Shown in pieces: positions 15,901 to 27,038 of a stretch of 64,000 nucleotides of DNA. A program made the position numbers and the translations under genes. Each line of letters starts with the position of its first letter. Position 1 is the stretch's first letter. The notes below the pieces were generated by a model. That model was not told the DNA's origin, searched no databases, and saw nothing but the letters and a program-made list of their open reading frames with translations. This stretch comes from Tubulanus polymorphus (Eukaryota; Animalia; Nemertea): NCBI RefSeq assembly GCF_964204645.1, contig NC_134029.1, forward strand, positions 24,236,950 through 24,300,949, in the 5' to 3' direction.

Positions 15901-18189
15901 AGAGGGGAGGGGGAGAGAGGGAGGGCGAAATGTGAAAGCAATATTCTCAAAATGCTCAGATTTCAGAAAGGCTACATTACCATTGATTGTCGAGTGTAAC
16001 ACACTATAGTTCGGAGTCATCTCTAAATCACTGCTGTATAAAACAGTTTATCAATGTAAACAATGATTAACATTCACATAGAATGAACTCGCTTAATTTG
16101 CATCATTTGGGACCAAAAAATATTATCCACTTTTAGGGAAATCCCGATTAAAACGAATTTTCTTGTGTATTGATGAAAATATGGACAGCAAATGTTGTCC
16201 GGATAAGATCAAATCCGGATTAAGGGAGTTTGACTGTGAGTTGATTTTTGAACAGGGGTGGCTGAAGGCCGGACGTGAAATTGACAGGGGCGCCTTTTAA
16301 AACCTCTCGTGTAGAACTCTGTGAATAGAGAGTGATATTTTACCGCTCGAGTCCAGAACTGACAATGAAACTATTCTTCATCAACGTAAACCAGAGTGGA
16401 ATAAAACGGCGTTTATTTTCTGGATTGTTCTGTAACCATCACTCAGCCCCACACCGAGATTGATGACTAAAATAACAACAGAGATAAGAGTAACACAAGC
16501 AACACTTCAACAGCGGCAGCGGTGGCACTCGCCATAAATTACTCAATTCACATGAATATTATGAAAGATGTATTTGACATTTTAGCAAATCCTTCATCTT
16601 ATTGCAGAGTGGTTATTGGTAAGTGGTATATAAAGTATAGCCAGCCAAATGAACGTCTAGATTTAATATCGATCAATGCTGCATGCTGCTGCATGCTGCT
16701 GCTGCTGCTGTTTCTTCTCTCATCAATTTTTAATTTTCTCATTTTCTATCTATCGTCTTCTTACAGAACTATTCCAAATTCAGAAAGTGAAGTCTCCGCA
16801 GTAAACCAACCTCGCCTCATTCCCGTACATAACCAACTCAACACTTTATGACTAAATCATTTTTCTGACTACATCTCTTTGACCTGGGGCTTAATCTAAG
16901 TGTTTTCTATGGCACCCATCTTCCGATAATTGTAGTTAGTATTCAGAGAGGGCAGCACCATACTGTCTGTGAACATATGGAAGTGCATGGTCGCTCGACC
17001 TGTTGCATATGACAGGAAAGGGTTAATTCTGAACTCACCAGTCTCAGTTTGGCCGCAATAGTAAAGGTCTATTGCATCGGTCAGCTTCGGTAGAAAAGAT
17101 GAATGCAATATCTGCGACGAGGGCCGAGACTATAGATCAACTCCAGTGTGTCCCAGTACGACATTAAATAGATGGCTATCTATCAGCCCGGTCTGTGAGT
17201 TGTCAATATTGCTGTGTTTTATGATAGTCCAGAGAGAGGGGGACGAGGAGAGATGATGACAGTAATAATGTCCTGTATTCTCATAAATCACATCAATTTA
17301 ATCCATGCTTCACATTTCAACGACGACATCTAAACAGTGAATCAATCAGCAACTGATAACATTCAATATTCCGTTTCATGAGAACAAACAAACATTAGAA
17401 AACCTGAATAAACTAAATGCCGCAACAGTCCATTTCTAAATGGATTCAAAACTTGTTATATCGAATATTCAGTCGATGCTCGGGATTTTGAGGTCGCGCA
17501 AAACCTAAATGAGGTATATAATACTTGAGGTAAAAACTGGAAAATATCGCAGAAAAACAAGTTGCATCGTTTAATAAATGAACTATAATAAGAAGTACGA
17601 TTATAGAACGTGAGTTGATGGTGTTTCATTTACTGACGGCAAAACCACCAAAAAACATCATCCGTCGTAACAATGAACGCTGTTACTTAGCAACGTAACA
17701 TCAAAAATAATCAAATTGAAGCTCGAACAAAGAAACCATTCAGATCACTAGGAATCCTATCATCTAAAACCCTGAGGGGGGCAAACTCAATAGATGCTGA
17801 TGATGATGATGATCAAAGTCATTTTTACATCAAACAGATCGATCAACGCCAAATCTATTATGTAAATATGTGAATATAACTTTTAGTGATTTATGATGAA
17901 AACAAAAATAAAAGTTAGTGCCAGCAGCGAGAGACAGAGTGCTCAGATACATTCAACCCAATTCATTTGAATCGTCAATAATTAAAGCCATTCTGAAGTT
18001 TATTTTCATTTTTGTGGTTTAAATCGTTCAATTTTCTACAGTTTTCTAAAAGTTTTGTCACTGAAAACTGTCAAATATAGAATCATTAATTGCAACACAT
18101 TCTGCAGACTGTGGTTTAAAAATGTCAGTAATTAGTCACTATGCAACATTACTTCATGTTATACATCATCGTGACAATATAGCTGCTGC

Positions 18190-18227
<38 letters not shown>

Positions 18228-19377
18228 CAGCACGCCCTATTGATTGATCAATACACTAAATTGAACACAGATAATTCGACGGGGTAATTATTGACACCCA
18301 GAATTCCCTGTCCCTCTCCCTCAGACAGATTCAGGATTTCGAGAGGGGTAAAACTCAACAGGGGTTTGGAGAAAATTTCGTCATCCTAAGATGTAAGTTG
18401 AGCTATAATTGTGACCACCTCGCATATTGCACAAGCTGTTACCACCGGACAAGTGGACTGCAGTTTGATTTCTCGGGTTCGATCCCCGTTGAGCGCGTGT
18501 AATTTCACTGTCACTTCTCTTAATCCACTACTGATCCTCTACGACCTCAATAATCCTCTAATGATCCTCCACAACCTGGATAATCCTCTACTGATCCTCT
18601 ACAACCTGGATAATCCTCAACCAACCAGAGAGAGAGAGAGAGAGAGGTTCAACAGTATAAACTAACAAACGATTAGAGATTCTCGTGAACCTGCGTCACT
18701 GAGATAACAATAAACTGATCGGCTCAAAACTCATTTCAACAACTGCATGTGAAAGAAATGATATTTATAGTCAACTGAACAGGAGTGTGAGGAAATGAGA
18801 TTACCGCACAACGCGAAATAAATCTGATTTCTCAAACGGAGGTCTGCAATGATTTCATTAGAGATATAAGAGATGTTAGCCTCTTATATCTCAAATACAT
18901 TTATATAAATTGATTTATTATATACTTGTAGATTAGATACAACAGACAAAATTGAGGCCAAACTCTCTGAGATACCTGAGGATACCGGATATTGAGACCA
19001 GACACTCAGAGATACCTGAGGATACTAGATAGAAACTGAGACTAGACACTCAGAGATACCTGAGGATACCGGATATTGAGACCAGACACTCAGAGATACC
19101 TGAGGATACTAGATAGAAATTGAGACCCGACTCTCATGACAAAGATCGCATGCAATCGCATGACAAAGATGGTTCCTCGATTAATTGAATAACCTGAAAC
19201 TCTTCCGCGCTGCGAAAATCTCATTTCTAAAATTGAATCGACTTCAACCATGAAATAGAGATCGATGTTAGAGGGATTTAACTGTCAGTTCACTTCCTTA
19301 TTGAATTACAGAGAAGAGGGAGAGAGAGAGAGGGAGGGGGGAGAGAGAGGGGGAGGGAGGGGGAGAGAGAGAGGGGG

Positions 19378-19473
<96 letters not shown>

Positions 19474-22400
19474 AGGGAGGTAGAGAGGGAGGGAGAGAGA
19501 GAGGGAGAGAGAGAGAGAGAGAGGGAGGGAGGGAGGGAGGGAGGGAGGTACGTAGAGAGGGAGGGAGGGAGCGTGCGCTACAGGATGACTCTCAAAAATA
19601 CAATGGAAAAATACATGCGCAAGCTAGATCAATTTACGCTCCATAGGTTTCATCCTCAGAACAGCAAACACCGCCGCAAGCCCCTTCCTCTGAGGGCGAC
19701 AGCGTAAACCACAGATGAACCACAGTTAAAAATTATGAAATAAATCCATGAAAATCTAGGCATCAGCAGCAGCAGCAGCAACAGCAACAGCAGCAGCAAC
19801 AGCAGCAACAGCAGCACTCCCAGATATAAAAAGAAAAATACAACTACATGACGTGAACAAGTGAATTGGCAACAAAATTCCATTACCGGAAAATCTTCAA
19901 TAAACCGGAGACCAAACTTAAAACCAATATTATACATTAGAATTTCCTGTGGACAAAGATTTCAATCGATGATTGATGAAAATAGAAAAACACTTTGAAT
20001 ATACGTGAGGGGATCATCAATAACCGGGATGGGGGGAGGGGGTGGTAGGCGACCCGGTGGTCAGAGACACAGTAATTCGATTAGATCAGAACACAGACGT
20101 GAACAAGCTGCCAAGTGTTTTTTCCCGTAAAGAAAGATATCTGTTAATCGCATCAAAACACGTTTGACATTTCGGGGAACACGGACAAGATGTGACTGGC
20201 ATGAACAAGAGGCTTACTGTCATTACAAATACCAGCATGATTCTCATCAGGAGGGAGGACATGGATCGGGGGGGGGATGGTAGGAGGGGGGGGAATTAAA
20301 CAACCATCACCACACAGTGATTCTGTGTACAGCAGTTTCCCATCCCATTACTGTAATGGACATGTTTGTTACAACGAAATTATCCCAGGCCAGCAATAAG
20401 TGCAAATGAATCTCGTCTTATTTGGTATGCTGCTGATTTGGTGGACCTCGCCTTAATTTGGGAAAATTTGGAGATACGAATGCAAGAAATTTAAGAAACA
20501 GACAATCGCAGTAGAAAGTAGAAGAATTAGTCGGCGTTTAAACTCAAAACTGAATAATGAAAACATCAACTATCGTAATGATATCAGACACCATGAATAT
20601 CATCGTAGTTTTAGTGCATTTCATTTCACTTTACAAAGAACTGCAAAACAGACTTCAAAACACGTCACTAACTACAACTCGTCCAATGTTTCAACACAAA
20701 ATCAACGACAAAATACAGAAATATTTCAATCTCAGATCAAAATGATATAGGCCTAACTTTCAATGAGGTCCACAAGTCTACACTACAACATCGAAACAAT
20801 ATTAAACATACCTTTTTATCGGTTCTCCAATCTGGAGTTTAAACCAATGTAACCAAATAATATCTTGTATATCTGTGTATTTCATCATCATAGCCATAAC
20901 CTGAGTTAGGTCATTATACTATAAACCCCCGCCCCCCTGCAATCAACTTCCAGAAACAGCAACAAACTTCAAACAGATCATCCATAAAATATCAATTTAG
21001 AGAGAGAGAGAGAGTGAGAGAGAGCGCTCTTACTGACTGAAGTGTGTCAACAATAAACAAGCATTGCTACAAAAACAGAGAGAGAGAGAGAGAGAGACAG
21101 GACACAGCAAGGAGCTCCTCGGTGAGCTGATCAACCAAACATATCTCAAAAACAATCTCTTATAGCAATTATATCATATTTCTTACAAGATGGAAGAAAA
21201 ACCTGATAGATCATCCCTCGCTGTTAGAAACATCTTAATCAATTCACATCGACACAATCGCCTGAAGCTTACTACAACATGTTCTCATGCATCTTTCATT
21301 GTTTCATTTTGCTTTGATTGATTAAACATCTGCAATTTGTCGAATACTTCAAATATCACATTTTAAGGTGCTAAATGAAACTTTGCCTTATCACACACCA
21401 AACTTCCTCAGTCTGATATCTCTAATTTCAGCGGTTATTACCAAAAATGAGAGCAATTTAACATCAAAAGTATTAAGTTTCATAGAAAACGAACTAAGAA
21501 TAATTGTGATTTTGAGACAGGGTGACTATTCCCTGATATGTTGTTTTTCTGGACTCGATCTGCTAAAGAGATCAGATCAATTAACACCTAGTCAAATACA
21601 TCAGACAAATAAACGGAAACCGTTAGATTTCCCTGATTTTTAGCTTTTTTTAAACAAAAATCCCAGACTATTCCTTGACCTTTTTAAAGAAAAGAAAATT
21701 TCCTGACTATTCCCTGATTCCCCGATGAGAGAATCTTGATGTTTGTGGGTATCGGTCAATTAAACCTATGTGGAGGTGATTGTCGAGGTGGTAGATTCAA
21801 TGAATAATACTGAAAGTACTAAAAAGTTTTACTCTGCTGTGTTGAAGGGATGAAGAGGGTTTGGTTTATATGAAGTGCTGTTGAAACGTTTTTCACATAA
21901 AACCAGATAAAACTGCACTGACAAATTACTCCACAGTGTTTACTACACAGAGTCTGATAATGCATGTGGAGTCTCAGTGAGTGAGGGCTATCACATACCA
22001 ATAAAAATCATTACTCTAAACAGATTCACAAAAATACAACGCAGTAGCATTAACAGATTGTAAGTCAACAATAACTTAATTAGGAAAATAAGCACAAGAA
22101 GAGACTCCTCTCACAATAACTTTCATGATTTGTATCACGACTGAAAGACTTTAATAATGTGCTGATGGCTCATTAAACAAGGATGATTCTTTCATGTTGG
22201 TAATCATGTTTATTTGGGGTATGCCAATATCAGATTAATGAAAAAATGTCATTAAATACTAAATTGCTGCTTGAGTCGCTACTGGTCAATTATTAATAAT
22301 TACATGAGAAACTAATGAAATGTTGCTTGCTCAACATGATCTACAATTATATATCTAATCATCATCCGGGCTACATGACAAACCAGAGACAGACCACAGA

Positions 22401-24046
22401 CGAGACAGAGACAAACCAGAGACAAACCACCAGAGATAAGACTATGATATGAAGCTTGAATTGTGATGTATCTCTTTCTGCTCAGTGCAACCGTTCCAAA
22501 ATAGGAAATATTTCTGAATACATTCAAGAAAACAGTTGAATTGCAGTTTTCTATATTATTCAACCCTGAGCTGTTTGTTGATGTGAAACTAATACCTAAC
22601 TCGGGTTGCGCTAAAATCCGATCAGATCATCAGTGATAAGAAACATTCATGTCACATCACGAGGCCGAGTCGTTTGTCAGATCTTAGCTCTACATCAGGT
22701 CACCTGAGATCCAAGATTCGGAACTGAATACTGATGTATCCTGTTCATTGGCTTCGACCTTACAATCAGTCGTAAGTACACTCAGGTCACATAACATTCG
22801 ATCTGATCATTGTAGCAGGGTCCCATCTAAGGAATGAAAGCCACTTGCCCAGGGGGGGCAAGCATATCTGAAATTTCACTCGCCCCCTCCAAAAGCTACT
22901 TGCCCTACACAGGCAGTCCGATTGGTGGCACTATCATCCGTTGTATCCAGTGGGGAAAAATTTTATGCCATAAAATTGCACTAGCCCGGGGGACAAGTGA
23001 TAATGATAACCTACTTGCCCTGATGAGAATATACTTGTCCCGGGCAATCGGACAAGTGCTTAGATCGCACCCTGTCGTAGTAAGATATAGAACATTACCG
23101 ATCAGCTTACAACTGGTTTAAATACCATTCTCATGATGTCGCAAAAATTCCCCGACTGAAAAATCGGCTGATTGACTACCGATTTCAGATCTAATGTGAC
23201 CTGAGTCAGGCTGTAGCAGACTGAACTTTCACATCATAGGTTCAGATTCAGGGGCAGGAACAACAATCAAATATTCCTCTGAACTGAGTGTTTTTCTGGA
23301 GGTGTCGCTTGTAGTACATTCAGCCTGCTGATTACCGATCTGATTCTATATTTTATGTTAAACTGAAAAGTTAAATAAATCAAACACAAATGAAATGAAA
23401 CGCAAAGATTAAAGGGTTATAGAAACAAGAGTCGTTCATTAGAGACTTTAATCAAGTATGAACTGAAGTTCATTCAATTGAACATTTAACGTCAAATTGA
23501 ACGTTATGCACGGTGCGCCACTTGGCTCGTTTTAATGAATCTGTCAAAACAATTTCTCAACACGTTTATCCCTCCACAGATGAGGCCACCAGATGGCGTA
23601 GCTACTTACTTAGCAGTTTAAGCCAAGACAGAAAAAACTAGTTCATTTATTGAATAGGCCTAAGCTTATAGTTTTCACCCTTAAAATCAAAAACAGTCAA
23701 GAAAGAGGCTTCTCAATAATCAAAGCCACATCATGTCCTGAAAATCTAGCCCTAAAATCGGATCGAGAAGGTAGCCTGTAGCCCCCCCCCCCCTTAACGG
23801 AGCCACATAGCGGCCAAGCGGGAGGGTGACCTGTAACTTTTACACTCATCCTCGGTGCTCATTTGGGAAAGACACCTCAGTGAATCCTTCAGCCCTGAAA
23901 CTGTCAAACAGTGGTCGAGACAAGAAGAAAGATGCATCGATTTCATCAATAAATTTCCAACTGTGAAAAAAGCTCTTCAGTTTCAATTTCAACGCAATAA
24001 ATCAGTTTTAATTATTCAAATTCATAAAATCATCAACTCACCCCAT
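901..24046 (-). CDS. homer: Homer scaffold protein (EVH1 domain + C-terminal coiled coil), 3'-partial
   Basis: Exons (minus): 24046-24042 (ATGGG|GTGAGT), 3824-3668, 2558-2427, 2341-2135, 2014-1854, 1406-1250, 1026-901, all GT-AG and phase-consistent. Translation [24 protein letters not shown]...[36 protein letters not shown]...[44 protein letters not shown] is diagnostic of Homer. No stop reached, so the gene continues past the last exon found, probably beyond position 1. Confidence 0.96.
1449..1840. repeat. Intronic minisatellite of ~13-15 bp CAGTACCG-containing subunits
   Basis: Repeated ggtcagtaccgacatc/agtcagtaccgggt variants. Confidence 0.9.
2638..2733. mobile_element. Short palindromic MITE-like interspersed repeat (related copies ~127-222, ~60298-60340)
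   Basis: ggatccagttccacagtt ... aactgtggaaccgggttc inverted ends, internal gagttaaaa/tttaactc. Similar sequence at 127-222. Confidence 0.55.
2836..3662. repeat. 35-bp minisatellite, ~23.5 copies
   Basis: Unit atattttgagatatagatgatgaaagctatgatca, near perfect, ending beside the Homer exon-2 splice donor. Confidence 0.97.
5320..5645. repeat. 21-bp minisatellite, ~15 copies
   Basis: Unit gtcctgacaatcctactgtga. Confidence 0.95.
8381..8805. repeat. 10-bp satellite with 60-bp higher-order repeat
   Basis: Units gtctacatca/gtctgtagca/gcctgcaaca. The 60-bp lines at 8641, 8701 and 8761 repeat. Confidence 0.93.
9271..9311 (-). CDS. homer: Candidate alternative first coding exon of Homer ([18 protein letters not shown])
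   Basis: ATG-initiated open frame ending AA|GTGAGT (consensus donor), phase 2, matching the exon-2 acceptor at 3824. Confidence 0.6.
10975..11470. repeat. ~26-bp minisatellite
   Basis: Unit actgactgaaaaaacactgtgtgatc. Confidence 0.93.
11845..12270. repeat. GC-rich 70-72-bp minisatellite (two ~35-bp subunits)
   Basis: gccccacgcctgaccgacagtgcc recurs at ~11917, 11989, 12061, 12131, 12201. Confidence 0.92.
12378..12421 (-). CDS. homer: Candidate alternative first coding exon of Homer ([19 protein letters not shown])
   Basis: ATG-initiated open frame ending GT|GTGAGT, phase 2. Confidence 0.45.
13072..13185. repeat. Short C-rich tandem repeat
   Basis: gagtatcccccctaa / tacacctataccccccta units. 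Confidence 0.8.
13675..14342. repeat. 40-bp minisatellite, ~16 copies
   Basis: Unit gcctgcctacccgtcagcctgctggtgagctagtctgtga. Confidence 0.95.
14530..14645. repeat. 12-bp tandem repeat
   Basis: Unit gtcatctcaaga. Confidence 0.88.
14886..15689. repeat. 26-bp minisatellite, ~31 copies
   Basis: Unit cagaatcagcccggagataccgacta. Confidence 0.97.
16077..16237. mobile_element. Degenerate Tc1/pogo-like MITE
   Basis: Ends gaactcgcttaat ... ccggattaagggagtttgactgt form imperfect TIRs. Similar-style elements at ~55037-55201 and ~61943-62092. Confidence 0.45.
18181..18230. repeat. (CTG)n microsatellite
   Basis: Direct inspection. Confidence 0.9.
18960..19130. repeat. ~40-bp tandem repeat, ~4 copies
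   Basis: gagatacctgaggatac...gagaccagacactca. Confidence 0.85.
19311..19572. repeat. (GA)n/GGGA purine-rich microsatellite
   Basis: Direct inspection. Confidence 0.95.
20812..20897 (-). CDS. homer: Candidate alternative first coding exon of Homer ([33 protein letters not shown])
   Basis: 28-codon open frame ending AG|GTATGT, phase 2. A possible acceptor (CTCAG) lies just upstream at 20901-20905. Confidence 0.5.
22817..23074. mobile_element. Non-autonomous DNA transposon (MITE) with CAGGGT TIRs
   Basis: Inverted ends cagggtcccatctaag ... cttagatcgcaccctg, internal acttgccc repeats, flanks ttgtag/tcgtag. Confidence 0.6.
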
Positions 24047-24823
24047 TATCTCCACTGTTATAGATGCGTCAATAAACACAATATCCACGAATATCTCACT
24101 GTTTTATCTGGTTTTCGCAAATTATTTTAAAATTTTGATTGATTTTGATTTGCGCACTGGATTATTCAAAGTATACTCAAGTTTCACCATTTCATGCTGA
24201 TGTTGCATGCCGATTTAAACTCAAATTAAAATTTACTTTATTGAACATAATTATTTTACGATGCATATCATCGGGTTAATAGATGAATTTAGATACAGAT
24301 CGAGACACAGATATGTTAGTTAATTCCATAGTCTCATTCCATAAGACACTTCCATATATTCATTGGCATTGGAAATTATTGGAACAATTTGATAAGTGGA
24401 ATAGCAAGCAATTTTAACGAATTCAATTCCAGTCGGCCTGCTGTCCTCAATGGCAGTCTCAGCATATTTTTCAGAGAACATATTTTCCCAATATAACTCA
24501 CTGGAAATATATTCTTTATAACGCCAAATTATCTATAACAGTAACATTATAAAATACTTTTACTGTAAGTGCCGCCGCGCAAGTGAACAGGGCCCGCCAT
24601 AATCAGGTCCTGTAGATATCTGATTGGTAGAAATGTTGTTCTTCGAATTTAGGACTTGCTATAGAACGATGACACAGTGAAACCATTTGCTGCAGAGAAT
24701 CACAGTGGGTACTGTTAGTGAATAAAGAGTCACTACGTCGGACTGGTCACCAGTCACCACACCTGGCTGGTCCCCAGTCACTGCTTTTGACGAGACAAAC
24801 TGACAAACTGAGTGTTCCATTAT

Positions 24824-24895
24824 GGCTCGATTGTCTAGTGGTTAGCGTGCTCTGCCAGTAATCTTGAGACCCGGGTTTCGAACGTTGGTTTAGGG
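24824..24895 (+). mobile_element. tRNA-derived SINE head or degenerate tRNA-like sequence (copy at 27970-28040)
   Basis: A-box-like TGTCTAGTGGTTAG and B-box GGTTCGAAC (intact in copy 2), but the stems do not close into a tRNA. Confidence 0.5.
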
Positions 24896-25316
24896 TTATT
24901 TTTGAGCTGACCGTGTAAAGACGATTTTTTTTCGGCTACAGGTGCCTTAGAACTGTTATAAAGTAAACTTTGGTTCTTCATTATTTTTCTGGGTCTTTTG
25001 AATCGGATTTACACATATTGTAGTTTCTGTTTCTGTAATTATTGCACTGGCGATGTTGAATGGTTCTTATTTGAATATCGGTGGGTCTGACCAAGCCAGG
25101 GGTTACTTTCTTATCCGGGATCCTCGAGACTCATTCAGTTTCTCATATAGACTACTGGTGGGCTTAGAAGGTTGGGGTGACGTTTATTTCAAAAAGAAGG
25201 CGGTAAATGATATGTTCTGATTGAGCTCTCATTGGGGGAAGTTCAGAGCTTGTTGGGTCTGCAAAATCTAAATAAACAAACAACAACAAAAAATACAAAA
25301 AAAGACGCAAAAAATT

Positions 25317-26315
25317 TCACGAGGATGATTTTGAACATAAAATGTGGGTTGCAGATTTCCTGAAATGTTTACTAGCGATCATATAGATTACGCAATTGAT
25401 CGCTGAATCAAACGGAGTCAAGTTATCCAACACTTCGAACAGGTATTTAATGGCGACTGTGCGTTTGATTTTGAAGAAAGACGTGTGAATTCTAGAAATA
25501 GTAGTCGGTAATTCGCAGAATAGATAAATAAATGTAGCTATGATCACTAACTGGGTCGCTTTATTATTAGCGCTTCCCTCAGCTTTCTCCGATGTTGAAA
25601 GCATCACTTTACGATTTTTGCCAGTCTGGTAAACAGAATACAGTAAAGTCGTGTTTGCGAGTACAAGAATACCGGCGGGAGTATTCACAGTTACTACCAG
25701 GTATATCCACGTATTAATGTCCTCGTAATAATCGTCTTTTTCGAACATTTTGTAAGTAGGATACGAAGGTGGGGCTCCTGGGCAGCGGTAATCGAGAATC
25801 TCTCCAACATAACGCGTCACGTATATAAGCGCCGATACGACGACAATCACTAGTGCACAAATATTCACGAATTTTTTATCGATGACTCGACGAGACCAAA
25901 GCGGAAACAGAATGTGTAGACACCTGATAAATGCTGTCAGAACTACCGCCCAGTTACGAATAGTTACCGTCGATTTGTAGGACGCCATACGGAGCCAATT
26001 CCATATTGGAAACACCGCGTTATCCCCGCGTGAATAAACTTCATTTCCGTATAAAGCCTGATAGATTATACGGCGAAATGGTCCATCGAGAAATATATTC
26101 ATCAAATAGATAATATCAGATAGAGAAACTAGAACTAATAGATAGATAGCTTGTCCGCTTTCTGGCATCCTACGAAACACAAATACACTGAAGATGTTTA
26201 GAACAACACCTATGATACACATTGGACAGATTACGAATAACAATACATTACTTCTGAATTTCTGATTTATTTGACAAACAAACTCTTCTTCTTGAGTATC
26301 GTTTGGCTGAAACAT
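25317..26315 (-). CDS. Single-exon class A GPCR, family 1 copy 1 (peptide-receptor-like / putative chemoreceptor), 332 aa
   Basis: 7 hydrophobic helices: TM1 GVVLN, TM2 LSD, DRY equivalent FIRC, TM6 CELP, TM7 NCVIY..SKHFR. Confidence 0.9.
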   Translation of the reverse strand: MFQPNDTQEEEFVCQINQKFRSNVLLFVICPMCIIGVVLNIFSVFVFRRMPESGQAIYLLVLVSLSDIIYLMNIFLDGPFRRIIYQALYGNEVYSRGDNAVFPIWNWLRMASYKSTVTIRNWAVVLTAFIRCLHILFPLWSRRVIDKKFVNICALVIVVVSALIYVTRYVGEILDYRCPGAPPSYPTYKMFEKDDYYEDINTWIYLVVTVNTPAGILVLANTTLLYSVYQTGKNRKVMLSTSEKAEGSANNKATQLVIIATFIYLFCELPTTISRIHTSFFKIKRTVAIKYLFEVLDNLTPFDSAINCVIYMIASKHFRKSATHILCSKSSS

Positions 26316-26873
26316 GGCTGCACTTTACACTTAGCGGAGACGGTTTTAAAACATGACTCGATGTTATTGGAGGCAATTGTAACTGCCACTAATGTCAGAA
26401 CGGCGAAAGTGGTGCAATACGCATCTTCGTGCCCAAACTTACCAAGTCCAAACTGATAAAGTTTACCAGCGTCAGTGTGCGGTTGGAATGAAATGGAAGA
26501 AAACTGCTGAAATCTGAACGAATTATGTCTATCATTATCTGACGGACAAATCAATTCCATCCACAATTATCTGTCATCAAGAGAAACTTTCAATCGAATG
26601 AGATATTATCGATTCTAGTTAAAATGACAAGATAACTATTCATCCAACTATCGAAAATATATATAATTGTGAAAAAGTATCACAAAATATGTCGCCAGTT
26701 TTGAAATCGGTTCTCGTTGAAGTCAATTTTTTATCGATTCCCACAATGTTGAACAGATACTTATGTATTTATAATGGCATGGTTTCAGTTAGCTCCATCC
26801 TCGCATGCCATAGTCAGTTTACCATATGGCTCACGCGATGAGAAGAGGTGGTCAATCAACCTGGTGTCGAGAG

Positions 26874-27038
26874 ATTGTACTTTGTAGGTTAACTAGTCTT
26901 ATTCAAGGCACGAGCTTTCGCATAGTGCATAGTAACTTCATCAGGTAGATCATTTACCTGAAGTTACTATATGCACTTAAAGTAGCGAAAGCTCATGCCT
27001 TGAATTAAACTAGTTTACGGTACCAGATAAAGTACAAT
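26874..27038. mobile_element. Inverted-repeat Penelope-like (pLTR) remnant with hammerhead-like cores (second copy 29996-30138)
   Basis: Long imperfect hairpin. The minus arm reads CTGATGA-A-stem-CGAAAGCTC. The copy-2 plus arm has a perfect 9-bp stem GCTACTATA/TATAGTAGC before GAAAGCTC. Confidence 0.55.

Noticed and set aside
24824-24895. Functional tRNA gene (also B-box-like GGTTCGA at ~18476, ~61795, ~62122)
   Set aside because: Acceptor, anticodon and T stems do not pair properly, so these are better explained as SINE or MITE remnants
26267-26566. 99-aa upstream ORF overlapping the GPCR start (duplicated at 29411-29710)
   Set aside because: Identity between copies reflects the recent duplication. 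It is absent upstream of copy 3 and has no recognisable domain.
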